Notes under the pieces: generated by a model
What the model saw: only the letters and a program-made list of their open reading frames with translations
The model's database searches: none
What the model was told of the DNA's origin: nothing
Part shown: in pieces, positions 26,339 through 36,111 of the stretch
Numbering within the stretch: the first letter of the stretch is position 1
Layout of the letters: each line of letters starts with the position of its first letter
Assembly: GCA_963837545.1 (NCBI GenBank)
Contig: CAWINQ010000005.1
Location: 49,525-113,524, forward strand
DNA length: 64,000 nucleotides
Source of the DNA: an uncultured Actinomycetota bacterium
GTDB taxonomy: Bacteria > Actinomycetota > Actinomycetes > Mycobacteriales > QHCD01
Direction: 5' to 3'
Position numbers and translations under genes: made by a program

Positions 26339-27639
26339 GTCGAGCCGCCGGCCGGATGGCCCTTCGCGGCGGCCGCCGCGATGTCGTGCATCGCAGATTG
26401 CGCCCCCTGCTCAGCCGTCTGCTGGCCGGAGATCACGGCACTCACCGCCTTGCCGAGCGCCGTCTGCATCTGGGCGGTGTTGGTGTTGTTCGGCCAGGTC
26501 CCCGCGTTGTGAGCCGCCGTGACGAACGGCTGCACGTACCGGTCGTTCTTGATCTGGGGGACGTCGGCGACGTCGGCGCGGTCCGGAATGGACCCGGCGT
26601 CCTGGAAGACGCTCAGGCCGCCCTGCTTGGACAGCACCATCTGCTGCAGGAACTTCCACGCCAGATCCGGGTGCTTGGACTTGGAGCCGATCGCGAAGCC
26701 CTCACCCCCGGGGAAGACGACACTCTTGCCTCCCGTCGGCGCCGGATACAGCGACGTGCCGTACTTGAAGGTCGCCGACTTGACGTTGCCCAACTGCCAG
26801 TTGCCGTTCAGGCCGAAGGCGAACTTTCCGGTCATGAACTGCTGCCACGCCGCCGTCTGGTCCCAGGTGGCCGCGGCGCCCGGGATGTAGCCCGCCTTCG
26901 ACCAGCTGGCCTCCCGCTGGAAGGCCGCGGCCACCTTGGGCCCGCCGAAGTTGCAGTAGTTGACGTCCACGCCGAGCAGTTGCGGAGCGAACAGCCAGGC
27001 ACCCTCGACGGTGGGGGCGCCGGAGAGGGCCAGACCCTTGTACTTGCCGCCGGCCTTGACCTTCGCGAGGTCGGCCTGGAGTTCGTCGAGGGTGCGGGGC
27101 GCAGCGGTGATGCCGTACTGGTTGAGGATGTCCTTGTTGTAGAACATGCCGAGCAGGTTGGTATAGGACATCAGGTTGTAGACCTTGCCGTTGGTCTTCC
27201 ACACGGCGGAACTCGGGAACTGACCCTTGTCCGCAAACTTGTCCCAGTACGGCGTGAGGTCCTTCATCACTCCCCCGGCGACGAGCGTCGGGTTGTCGAC
27301 CACGATGTTGTTGATGAAGAGATCAGGCGTGCTCCCGGTCGCCACCGACGCCAGCAGCTTCTGGTCCTGCTGACTGCCGACGACCTGCACCAACTGGACG
27401 GAGACATTGGGGTTCGCCTTCTCGAACCTCGCCACCTGACCCTTCAGCCATGTCAGCTGGGTGCCGGAGTAGTACTCCCAAAAGGTGAGGTTGGTCTTGC
27501 CTGCGGCGGATCCCGACCCCGAGCCGTTCGACGAGATGGTGCAGCCGGACGCAGCTATCAACCCGGCCGCGACCACGGCGGCGAGGCGGATGCTTCGCGA
27601 TCGAATCCTCATGGCGTCCCTCGCTCGTTGGGGTCGCAC
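26329..27639 (-). CDS. Extracellular solute-binding protein, family 1 (sugar ABC transporter lipoprotein).
   Basis: Signal peptide plus lipobox LIAASGC. Aromatic-rich sugar-binding-protein composition. Confidence 0.75.
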   Translation of the reverse strand: MRPQRARDAMRIRSRSIRLAAVVAAGLIAASGCTISSNGSGSGSAAGKTNLTFWEYYSGTQLTWLKGQVARFEKANPNVSVQLVQVVGSQQDQKLLASVATGSTPDLFINNIVVDNPTLVAGGVMKDLTPYWDKFADKGQFPSSAVWKTNGKVYNLMSYTNLLGMFYNKDILNQYGITAAPRTLDELQADLAKVKAGGKYKGLALSGAPTVEGAWLFAPQLLGVDVNYCNFGGPKVAAAFQREASWSKAGYIPGAAATWDQTAAWQQFMTGKFAFGLNGNWQLGNVKSATFKYGTSLYPAPTGGKSVVFPGGEGFAIGSKSKHPDLAWKFLQQMVLSKQGGLSVFQDAGSIPDRADVADVPQIKNDRYVQPFVTAAHNAGTWPNNTNTAQMQTALGKAVSAVISGQQTAEQGAQSAMHDIAAAAAKGHPAGGSTCQ

Positions 27640-27804
27640 GCGCGACGCGGCAGACCGGACGGCGGGAGCGTATGGCTATTTATGGCGACGGTCAACATTA
27701 ATCGCGCCCAGGTCGAAAAAATTATCGCTGGGCCAGATGTCCTCTTGCACCGCGTCATCGACCACTGCAGTCTGCCGGGTACCCCGAACCGAGGAGCCCG
27801 CCCG
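27640..27804. promoter_or_regulatory. AT-rich divergent promoter region between the sugar-binding-protein gene and the BNR glycosidase. Contains inverted repeat GCCCAG-N18-CTGGGC and direct repeats ATTAATCG / AATTATCG.
   Basis: ggtcaacattaatcgcgcccaggtcgaaaaaattatcgctgggcc. Candidate operator for the ROK regulator. Confidence 0.3.
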
Positions 27805-28977
27805 ATGCCACTCCCGTCCCGACGCCCCGTCATCGCCGTGGTCCTGGCCGTGCTGGCCGTCTCCCTCGGGCTCGTGCTGGCGCCGGGCACCGCTCACGCG
27901 GCGACCGGTCAGCTGCTGAGCCCGAACGTCGCGATGTACCCGCGGGCGATCCGGCTGAGCCACTCCGGCGAGGCCGACGGCCGCATCATCGCCGACGCCA
28001 CGTCGTTCCCCGCGCAGGGCCCGGTCGGCGCGATCTTCGAGAGCACCGACAACGGCGGCTCCTTCCGCCAGGTGGGTGCGGTCGCCGATCCGCTCGCCGC
28101 CGGCGGGCTGTGTTGCACGACGCTGTTCGAGCTGCCGCGCCGGATCGGCGCGATGCCGGCCGGCACCCTGCTCTGGGCAGGCACCATCGGCCAGGCGGTA
28201 CCGACCGACCGACGGATGTCGCTGCGGATCTGGCGCAGCAACGATCTGGGCCGACACTGGTCCGCCCTCTCGACCTGCGCCCAGGCGTCCAACGACGGCG
28301 GGCTGTGGGAGCCGGAACTGTCCGTCGACGCCTACGGCCGGCTGGTCTGTCACTTCTCCGACGAGACCCACCAACCGACCTACAGCCAGCTGCTCGCCCG
28401 TACCGTCTCCACCGACGGCGTGCACTGGAGCGACGAGCGGTTCACGGTGGCCGGCACGGATCCGCACCAGCGCCCGGGGATGGCCAACGTCCGACGGCTG
28501 CCCGGCGGAAGCTACCTCATGACCTACGAGGTCTGCGGCACCGGCGACCAGTACGACTGCGCCGTGCACTACCGCACCTCACGGGACGGGTGGAAGTGGG
28601 GCGACCCCCGCGACATCGGACCGATGATCCACACCCGCAGCGGGCAGTACTTCACCCACACCCCGACCATCAGCATCGCTCCCGGCGGCCGCGTAATCCT
28701 GGTCGGACAGATCTTGAACAACGCCGACGGCAGCATCGCGCCCGGGAACGGCGGAACCGTCTTCGAGACCGGCCCTGGCGGGCGCGTGGGCTGGTCGGCC
28801 CGGGCCGCTCCGGTGTCCGTGCCGGACGCCCGTAACGACGTCTGCCCCAACTACAGCTCGACCCTGGTGCCGCTCGGCGGAAGCGTGCTGGAGATCGCCA
28901 CCGACTACGGCGCGGACAACGTGTGCCGGGCGTATTTCGCCACCGGGAGCGCCCGACCAGCGGCGACCGGCTCGTAG
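27805..28977 (+). CDS. Secreted BNR/Asp-box repeat glycoside hydrolase (sialidase / GH93-like fold).
   Basis: GAGGAG RBS and ATG. Signal peptide ...APGTAHAA. Asp-boxes STDNGGSF, SNDLGRHW, STDGVHW, SRDGWKW. Confidence 0.7.
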   Translation: MPLPSRRPVIAVVLAVLAVSLGLVLAPGTAHAATGQLLSPNVAMYPRAIRLSHSGEADGRIIADATSFPAQGPVGAIFESTDNGGSFRQVGAVADPLAAGGLCCTTLFELPRRIGAMPAGTLLWAGTIGQAVPTDRRMSLRIWRSNDLGRHWSALSTCAQASNDGGLWEPELSVDAYGRLVCHFSDETHQPTYSQLLARTVSTDGVHWSDERFTVAGTDPHQRPGMANVRRLPGGSYLMTYEVCGTGDQYDCAVHYRTSRDGWKWGDPRDIGPMIHTRSGQYFTHTPTISIAPGGRVILVGQILNNADGSIAPGNGGTVFETGPGGRVGWSARAAPVSVPDARNDVCPNYSSTLVPLGGSVLEIATDYGADNVCRAYFATGSARPAATGS

Positions 28978-29015
28978 TCTGGCCGCGGCTGCTCCGGCGC
29001 CGTTCGGCGAAGGGT

Positions 29016-29078
29016 CGACATCGTGCGCCCCACTCGCACGATCGACCCGGATATGCGAGTACGACGCACGATGATGCC
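29016..29078. repeat. Palindromic intergenic repeat, A-type unit, copy 4.
   Basis: gaCATCGTGCGCCCCACTCGCA-cgatcgacccggata-TGCGAGTACGACGCACGATGatgcc. Confidence 0.8.
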
Positions 29079-29107
29079 GCGGTCTCGGAGGTGATCTACT
29101 TCCCGGC

Positions 29108-29791
29108 GTGGAACCCGAACCGATAGAGGCGGTCAAAGACGGCGGGTGGCGGCAGATCGCCGCCGTCGATGCGGCGCTGGACCGCGGTGAGATCGACGAG
29201 GCGGGCTGGCATGCCGCGATGCGGGCGCTGGTGGTCCCGGCGTACCTTGCCGCCGACACACCGTGGGGTCAGTCCGGCAAGAGCGGCACGGCCGAGGACT
29301 GGGAGCGTGGCCGGCGGCTCGTGATGGATGCCGTCGACGCCGACGGAAGCTTCCTCGACGTCGGCTGCGCGAGCGGCTACCTGATGGAGTCCGTACGGCG
29401 GTGGGGCCACGAGCAGGGCCTGACCGTCGAGCCCTACGGCCTGGACATCGCCCCCGAGCTCGCCGAGCTCGCCCGGTCGCGGCTTCCCGAGTGGTCGGAC
29501 CGCATCTGGGTCGGCAATGCCCTGCACTGGCGCGCACCGGGTGACCGGCGGTTCGACGTCGTGCGCACCGGGCTGGAATATGTTCCCCGGCGGCGGCACC
29601 TCGACCTCGTCGCCCACCTGCTCGACGCGGTGGTCGGCCGCCGGCTCGTGATCGGCGTCTTCACCGAGGAGAGCGCCGAACGGTCCGCCGAGCGGGTGCT
29701 CACCGAGGCCGGGTTTCCGATCACCGGGCGGAGCGAGATCCCGCACCCCGACCCCCGGGTGATGCGCCGCCTACTGTGGATCGACCGGTGA
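29108..29791 (+). CDS. Class I SAM-dependent methyltransferase.
   Basis: Motif I, LDVGCASGYL. Confidence 0.7.
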   Translation: MEPEPIEAVKDGGWRQIAAVDAALDRGEIDEAGWHAAMRALVVPAYLAADTPWGQSGKSGTAEDWERGRRLVMDAVDADGSFLDVGCASGYLMESVRRWGHEQGLTVEPYGLDIAPELAELARSRLPEWSDRIWVGNALHWRAPGDRRFDVVRTGLEYVPRRRHLDLVAHLLDAVVGRRLVIGVFTEESAERSAERVLTEAGFPITGRSEIPHPDPRVMRRLLWIDR

Positions 29792-29872
29792 GCGCACGAG
29801 CTACCGTGGAGTCACAGCGGTAGCCGCCGGATGGGAGTGAAATCGTGCCCCCTCCGCCGGCGACCGGGTGAG

Positions 29873-30526
29873 ATGGCCGAGCAGACGGCGGTACGCCGGC
29901 CCTGGCCGCTGGTGGTCGCCGACTGGGTGCGCACCGCCCCCGCCACCTACGTCTGGCTGATGCTCCTCTCGGTGACGACGACGGTCCTGCTCCAGCTGCG
30001 GCCCCGGACGCAGCACCATCTGCTCGTCGCGTGGAGCACGAACCTGCACAACCTCACCCGGGATCCCTTGCAGGTGCTGCTCGCGAGTGCCCTGTGGACC
30101 GACACCGCGTCACTCGGCGTCTATGTCCTGCTGTTCACGGTCTTCCTCGCTCCGGCCGAGCACTGGCTCGGTACGGGCCGCTGGCTGGTGATCGCCCTCA
30201 TCGGTCATATCGGCGCGACGCTGATCAGCGTGGGCGACTTCGCAGCGGACCTCAGTGCCCACGCCGCCAACCCGGCGATCGCCGACGACATCGACGTCGG
30301 TGTCAGCTACGCCTTCGCCGCGCTGTGCGGAGTCCTCACCTACCGGATCGCCCGTCCCTGGCGATGGATCTACCTCGGCGCCGGTCTCGTCCTGGTGACC
30401 GTGCCGGTGATCGTGCACGGAACGGTGACCGACATCGGCCATCTCAGTGCGGTGCTGCTCGGTCTCCTGTGCTACCCGCTGGCGCGCGGGCGACTCGGCT
30501 CAGACGGGACGGGTCACTCGCCGTAG
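29873..30526 (+). CDS. Polytopic membrane protein, possibly rhomboid-family-like.
   Basis: Six hydrophobic segments. A GxSxA-like segment (VGVSYAFAAL) and a distal His (IGHLSAVLLGLL) are reminiscent of the rhomboid Ser/His pair. Weak. Confidence 0.4.
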   Translation: MAEQTAVRRPWPLVVADWVRTAPATYVWLMLLSVTTTVLLQLRPRTQHHLLVAWSTNLHNLTRDPLQVLLASALWTDTASLGVYVLLFTVFLAPAEHWLGTGRWLVIALIGHIGATLISVGDFAADLSAHAANPAIADDIDVGVSYAFAALCGVLTYRIARPWRWIYLGAGLVLVTVPVIVHGTVTDIGHLSAVLLGLLCYPLARGRLGSDGTGHSP

Positions 30527-31341
30527 ACCTCGGCGACCGCCGACTCGTAGTAGTCCAGCGCGCGCTCGACCGGTCCGAGCCCGGCGGAGGGCAGCCAGTG
30601 CACGACCCGGCGGAATCCCGCCGACTCGTAACGTTCGATGGCCTTGGCGTCTGCGGGAATACCCATCACCATCAGGTCGATGGGCCGGTCGGCCCGGGCG
30701 CGCAGTTCGGTGCCGCGCGCGATGACCTCCGGGGCGTGGTTGGGGAACCAGGCGTCGCCGAAGGCCAGCACCCGGTCGCCCACCGTGGGTCCGCTGCCCC
30801 CCACCAGGATCGGGGGATGCGGGCGCTGCGCCGGCTTGGGCCACGACCAGATCCGGTCGAACTCGACGTACCTGCCGCTGAAGCTCGCCTCGTCGTCGCG
30901 CCAGATCTCCTTCATGGCGCGGATGCGCTCGTCCAGAAGCGCCATCCGGGTACGCGGGTCGGTGCCGTGGTTGGCCATCTCCTCGCGGTTCCAGCCGGCG
31001 CCGACACCGAACTCCAGGCGGCCGCCGGAGAGCTGGTCGACGCTCGCGACCTCCTTCGCGGTGATGATCGGGTCGCGCTCGACCACGAGGCAGACGCCGC
31101 TCCCGACCCGCAGTTTCGTCGTGGCGACCGCAGCCGCGGTCAGGGTCACGAAGAGGTCGTAGGTGTGCGCGTACCTGCGGGGCAGCTCGGCGCCGGACTC
31201 GTGCGGCGTCTCCCGGCTGGCGGGGATGTGGGTGTGCTCGGCGAAGAACAGCGACTCGTGCCCGCGCTGCTCGACCAATCGGGCCAACGAGCCCGGGTCG
31301 ACGGCGTCATGCGTTGCGAAGAAACCCACACCGGTGTCCAT
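30514..31341 (-). CDS. LLM-class F420-dependent oxidoreductase (luciferase-like monooxygenase family).
   Basis: 275 aa. Luciferase-like TIM-barrel pattern (LVVERDPIITAKEVASVDQLSGGRLEFGVGAGW). Confidence 0.7.
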   Translation of the reverse strand: MDTGVGFFATHDAVDPGSLARLVEQRGHESLFFAEHTHIPASRETPHESGAELPRRYAHTYDLFVTLTAAAVATTKLRVGSGVCLVVERDPIITAKEVASVDQLSGGRLEFGVGAGWNREEMANHGTDPRTRMALLDERIRAMKEIWRDDEASFSGRYVEFDRIWSWPKPAQRPHPPILVGGSGPTVGDRVLAFGDAWFPNHAPEVIARGTELRARADRPIDLMVMGIPADAKAIERYESAGFRRVVHWLPSAGLGPVERALDYYESAVAEVYGE

Positions 31342-31418
31342 TCGGCGACCCTACGCCGGGGACGCTCGAGGGTTCTGACGTGTTCTCTCTGGGCGGAGCA
31401 GCAGGCTGGCTCGGACGA

Positions 31419-32584
31419 TCAGGCCACGTCGGACTCGTCGGCACGGCGTTGCGGTGAGGACTTGAGTTCATGCTGGGCCTGACCGACATCGGGATCGGCC
31501 GGCGGCTCGGCCATCCCCTTCTTTATCGAGTCGAGGATGGACATGCCCTGGCCGACCAGCCCGGAGGCGATCTCGCCGAGCCCGTCGGCGCCGTTGAGGA
31601 TGTTGACGTTGGCGCCGCTGAGCCCGTGCGCCGCCTCCTTGACGATCTGCGGCAGTTGGTCGATCAGCATCCGGTCGAGCGCGACCCGGTTGTTGGACGC
31701 CGCGGCCTCGGCCTGGATTCGCATCTTCTCCGCGTCGGCCTTGGCGAGCACCCGGACCCGCTCGGCCTCCGCGAGTGCGGGCTTGACCACCTCGGCGACC
31801 AGTTCCTGCTGGCGGAGTTCGGCCTCCCGCTGCGCCAATTCGGTCTGCGCCGCGATGACTTCCCGCTGCGTCTGGGCCTGGGTGAGCGGCCCCGCCTGTG
31901 CCGCCTCGGCCTGTGCGCGGTCGACCTCGGCCTTGTACTGTGCCTGCACGATCGCGGTCTTCCGGGCGTATTCGGCCTGTGCCCGCTGCGACTGCTGCTC
32001 TGCCTCCGCGGCGGCCTGATTCGCCTGTGCCTGGGCGATCTGCGCCTGCCGCTGGATCGCGGCGTTGTGCGGCGCGGCCATCGCCGCGATGTAGCCGAGC
32101 TTCATGTCGTCGATCGACTGGATCTGCAGCGCGTCGACGCTGAGCCCGATCTTGGCCATCTCCGCCTTCGAGCCGTCCAGGACCTCGGTGGCCAGCTTCT
32201 GCCGCTCGGTGACGATCTCCTCCACGGTCATCGACCCGACGATCGACCGCAGGTGACCGGAGAAGATCCGTCCGGTGAGCACCGACATCTGGTTCTGGTC
32301 GGAGAGGAAACGCTGCCCGGCGTTGACGATGCTCTCGTCGTCGTTGCCGACCTTGAAGGCGATGACCGCACGCACGTTGAGCGCGATCCCCTGCTTGGTG
32401 ACGCAGGCCTCGGCGACCTCGGCCTCGCACATCGCGAGCGTCAGGAAGCGGACCTTGCGGAAGAAGGGCAGCACGAAGGTGCCGTGGCCGGTGACGACGC
32501 GGAACGGCGTACCGCCCTCGGGATGTTGCCCACCGGAGATCAGCATCGCCTGGTCAGGCGCCGGAACGTGGTAGCCGAACATTG
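31419..32584 (-). CDS. SPFH / band-7 flotillin-like protein.
   Basis: AGGAGA RBS. SPFH domain, then a long Ala/Gln-rich coiled coil (AQAQANQAAAEAEQQ...). Confidence 0.75.
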
Positions 32585-32590
32585 GGTCTC

Positions 32591-32836
32591 CTAATCGGGA
32601 ACGTCGATCGACAGTCCGGGGACGTCGAACCATGGGGTGACGTCGACGGCGCGCGCACCGCGGGTTTCCACGACCAGGACGTTCGCCCCCTTCGGCAGCG
32701 GTTCGTCGGACCAGGCCAGGTAGGTTTCGGAGCCTCCGCGGATCTTGATCAACACCTCGCCGGGACCCGTGTCGCCACGCGTGGGGGCGGTGAGGACACC
32801 GATCCGGCCGATCGCAGACACGTCGCGGGCCATCAC
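32591..32836 (-). CDS. NfeD-family OB-fold protein (flotillin partner).
   Basis: 81 aa, immediately upstream of the SPFH gene. Beta-rich C-terminus (GEVLIKIRGGSETYLAWSDEPLPKGANVLVVE). Confidence 0.6.
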   Translation of the reverse strand: MMARDVSAIGRIGVLTAPTRGDTGPGEVLIKIRGGSETYLAWSDEPLPKGANVLVVETRGARAVDVTPWFDVPGLSIDVPD

Positions 32837-32988
32837 CTACCGACTTCCCCGGCCACGCTGCCGCGTCCCACGACGACTGCCATGCCTCCAACTTACGACG
32901 TTTCGCCCGCGTGGCGGATGGGCAGCCGTCGGCGAGGCTCCACCCGGAGGATTCCCCGACCCGGTGGTCCGTTCTCTAGGCTGAGGAC

Positions 32989-33822
32989 ATGACCGACCGT
33001 CCGCTGACCCTGATGGCTGTCCACGCTCACCCTGACGACGAGGCGACCGGGACCGGCGGGATCCTGGCGCGCTACGCCGCGGAGGGGATCCGCACGGTGC
33101 TCGTCGTCTGCACCGACGGCGCCTGCGGTGACGGGCCCGCCGGGATAAAGCCGGGAGAGTCAGGACACGACCGGGACGAGGTCGCCGCCCTGCGGCTGCG
33201 CGAGCTCGAGGCGAGCGCCGGGGTCCTCCAGATCGGCGACGTCGAGCTGCTCGGGTACGCCGACTCCGGGATGATGGGGTGGGACACCAACGACGCACCC
33301 GGCTCCTTCTGGACGACGCCGGTCGACGAGGCGGCGGCCCGGCTCGCCGAGCTGATGCGGCGCTACCAGCCCGATGTCGTGGTGACCTACGACGAGAACG
33401 GGTTCTACGGCCACCCCGATCACATCCAGGCCCACCGCGTGACCATGGCCGCGGTGGCCGCGACGGACGTCGCCGCCAAGGTCTACTGGACGACGGCGCC
33501 CCGGTCGAAGATGAAGGAGTTCGGCGACGTCATGCGCGAATTCGGCCTGGACTGGGACGAGCCGGACCCGGCGGCCGAGCAACCGCAGATGGAGATCGGG
33601 CTCCCCGACGAGGAGATCACGACCTGGGTGGACACCACCGCGTTCGGGGCGCAGAAGTTCGACGCGCTGGCCGCCCACGCCAGTCAGGGCGACAACATCT
33701 TCTTCCTGCGGATGGGCAAGGAGAGGTTCACCGAGATGATGGGCATCGAGACGTTCGTCCGCGTCCGGGACAAGACCGGCGCGCGCACCCCGGAGGACGA
33801 CCTGCTGGCCGGGCTGCGCTGA
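32989..33822 (+). CDS. PIG-L/LmbE-family deacetylase (mycothiol conjugate amidase Mca / MshB-like).
   Basis: LMAVHAHPDDE zinc-binding motif. YDENGFYGHPDHIQAH. Confidence 0.7.
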   Translation: MTDRPLTLMAVHAHPDDEATGTGGILARYAAEGIRTVLVVCTDGACGDGPAGIKPGESGHDRDEVAALRLRELEASAGVLQIGDVELLGYADSGMMGWDTNDAPGSFWTTPVDEAAARLAELMRRYQPDVVVTYDENGFYGHPDHIQAHRVTMAAVAATDVAAKVYWTTAPRSKMKEFGDVMREFGLDWDEPDPAAEQPQMEIGLPDEEITTWVDTTAFGAQKFDALAAHASQGDNIFFLRMGKERFTEMMGIETFVRVRDKTGARTPEDDLLAGLR

Positions 33823-33840
33823 CGCGGCGCCGGGCGGCGA

Positions 33841-34791
33841 TCAGAGGATCGCGATCGGGTTGACCGGCGATCCGGTCGCGTCCGGAAGCTGGAGCGGCGC
33901 GACCACGCAGAGGAACGACCAGTCCGCACGCTCCTCACATGCCTGCGCGAGCGAGTCGAGCTGCAGGTAGTCCAGCAGCTGGATTCCGAGCGCATTGATC
34001 GCCAGCACATGGATCGGGAAGTCGACCCCGGGCGTGCAGCTCGGCGCGGCGTCGCTGTTGGTGTCGCTGCCCATCAGCGCGATCTGCCGCTCGGCCAGCA
34101 GCGGCATCGCGCTGGGGTGCAGGCCGGCCCGGGTTCCGGCGACGTCCCACGAACCGAGCTCCTCCCGGCGGCGGCGGTGGCCGAGCCGGACGAAGAGGAG
34201 ATCTCCGGCGCTCACGGCGACGTGCTGCGCCCGCTCGGCCGCGACGAGGTCGTCGGCGTACACGTGGTCGCCGGGCTCGAGCCACGGCTCGCCGTGCAGC
34301 CGTGGAATGTCCAGCAGCACTCCCCGGCCGACGATCCCGTTCCGGTCCTCGCCGACGGCGAGCGCACCCGCGCCGGCGGCGGTGACCTCCGCGGCGGGTA
34401 CATCGTTGTAGAGGTGCTGCTGGTAGATGACGTGACACAGGGCGTCGAGGTGACTGTGCGCGTTGCCGTGCACGTTCATCTCGATGTGGTCGGTGGCGAA
34501 GTGCAGTCCCTGCGGATCGCCGGCCACGTCCCCGGTGCCGGTCATGGTGTGGACCGCGTGGTCGGGATCGTCCGCAGCGGGGCGGGTGCCGACGCGTGCG
34601 CTCATGCCGACGGTGCGGCCCGAGGTGACGCAGCCGACCGCCGCGAGCACCCGTTCCGGCGTGAGGTGGTTCAGCGCCCCACGGCGGTCATCGGCGCCCC
34701 ACGGGTTGCGGCTGCGCAGGTCGTCGTACAGCGCCTGGAAGTCAGCCGCGCTGACGGGACGACCGGCCCGGGTCAGAACCGCACCCGCCAC
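33841..34791 (-). CDS. Putative cyclase-family protein (kynurenine-formamidase-like fold).
   Basis: HxGTHxDAxxH-like metal motif (HGNAHSHLDALCH). Confidence 0.55.
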   Translation of the reverse strand: MAGAVLTRAGRPVSAADFQALYDDLRSRNPWGADDRRGALNHLTPERVLAAVGCVTSGRTVGMSARVGTRPAADDPDHAVHTMTGTGDVAGDPQGLHFATDHIEMNVHGNAHSHLDALCHVIYQQHLYNDVPAAEVTAAGAGALAVGEDRNGIVGRGVLLDIPRLHGEPWLEPGDHVYADDLVAAERAQHVAVSAGDLLFVRLGHRRRREELGSWDVAGTRAGLHPSAMPLLAERQIALMGSDTNSDAAPSCTPGVDFPIHVLAINALGIQLLDYLQLDSLAQACEERADWSFLCVVAPLQLPDATGSPVNPIAIL

Positions 34792-35946
34792 ACCTGACCG
34801 GGCGGCAGCGCGGGCGCTCCCGGCTGCGGCACCGCACCGTCGGCGTCGGAGAGACTGAACACCGAGACGAAGAGGTCGCCCTGCCGGTCGACCGCGAGCC
34901 CCGCCGGGAGCGGCGCCGCCATCGTGCTGCGGGTGCAGTCCGGAGCAATCTTGACGATGTCGCCCTGACCGTTCGCCCCACCCAGGAGCTCGCTGACGTA
35001 GAGGCTGCCGTCGGGACCGAACCGCACGCCGGTGACGGTCGTGAAGCCGGCCTGGTCACCGGGGCAGATCGTGCCGCCCTTGCCGTAGTAGCCGAGGATC
35101 CGGCCGGTGCTCGCCGACACCTTCCACACCCGCGCCTCGCCGGGCTCGAAGTGGGCGAGCTCGCCGACGTAGAGCGCTCGGTGCGGACCCCAGGCCAGCG
35201 ACGTGGGGACCGACTCCTGGTCGCAGTTCTCCGTGCGGTTCCCGCCGCAGCCGTGCAGCGGGAACACGGTGAACGGCCGCACCCTGCCGCGGTCGACGAG
35301 GACCAGGTCGTTGCCCGCCGCGTCCGCGCTGACGGAGCGGTGCGAGCCGAGGCTGAGTACGGCGTACGGGTCGGAGTCGATCTGCAGACCGTCCGGGTTG
35401 CGGGTCCGCTCGACCTTGCTGATGTCGGCGACGGAACTGAGCCGACCGTGCCGGAGGCTGAGCAACTTGCCGTTCTGCCAGGCCGGCAGGCCGCGCGGCA
35501 GGGTGATCGGCGCGTAGGTCTCCTGGATCAGGACTCTTTCGTGCTGCGCGGACACGCCGTCCGGGCCGGTGGCCGACCCGCCGTCGGGCGCCGCACCCGA
35601 CAGCAGACCGGTCACGATCCGGTGCGGTCGTGCGTCATGCGTGCGCACCGGATGCCGGATGAGGCTGATCGACCCGGTCGCCCCGACGCAGGTCTGACCC
35701 TCCGGGCCGCCGAAGCAGTTGCCCGAGCCGGGGTGCAGGGAGCCCCGCCCGGCCTCGGCGACCAGCAGACCCCAGGGGCTCCAGCCCAGCTGCCGCGGGT
35801 TGTTCAGCCCGCTCACCACGACCACGGGCCGGGCGCCGCCGCAGTCGAGTGCGCAGCCGTTGAAGACGTCGCCGCGGACGCGGGAGCGGCGATCGCGCCG
35901 ACTCCGAGAGCCACCGCACCGAGCCCCACCATGACACGTCGATTCA
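34773..35946 (-). pseudogene. ScyD/ScyE-family secreted beta-propeller protein, with an apparent frameshift near 35826 that separates the signal peptide from the mature domain.
   Basis: RBS plus ATG at 35946 encodes MNRRVMVGLGAVALGVGAIAAPASAA... and stops after 44 codons. The propeller domain (VVVSGLNNPRQLGW...) continues in another frame. Deleting one C in a CCC run would join them. Confidence 0.55.
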
Positions 35947-36111
35947 TGACATCCCCCCTGGGCCGCAGGCCTTTCGAACGACGAACCGCCTATGCCTCAG
36001 GCACAGTGGCGTGGACGTACCCGGCTGTCAATCGGTTCTTGAGAACACGCCGACCGATTCTTGGGGACACGCGGGCGGCGTTTCCGACGGTGGCAGGTCG
36101 GCCACGACGGG

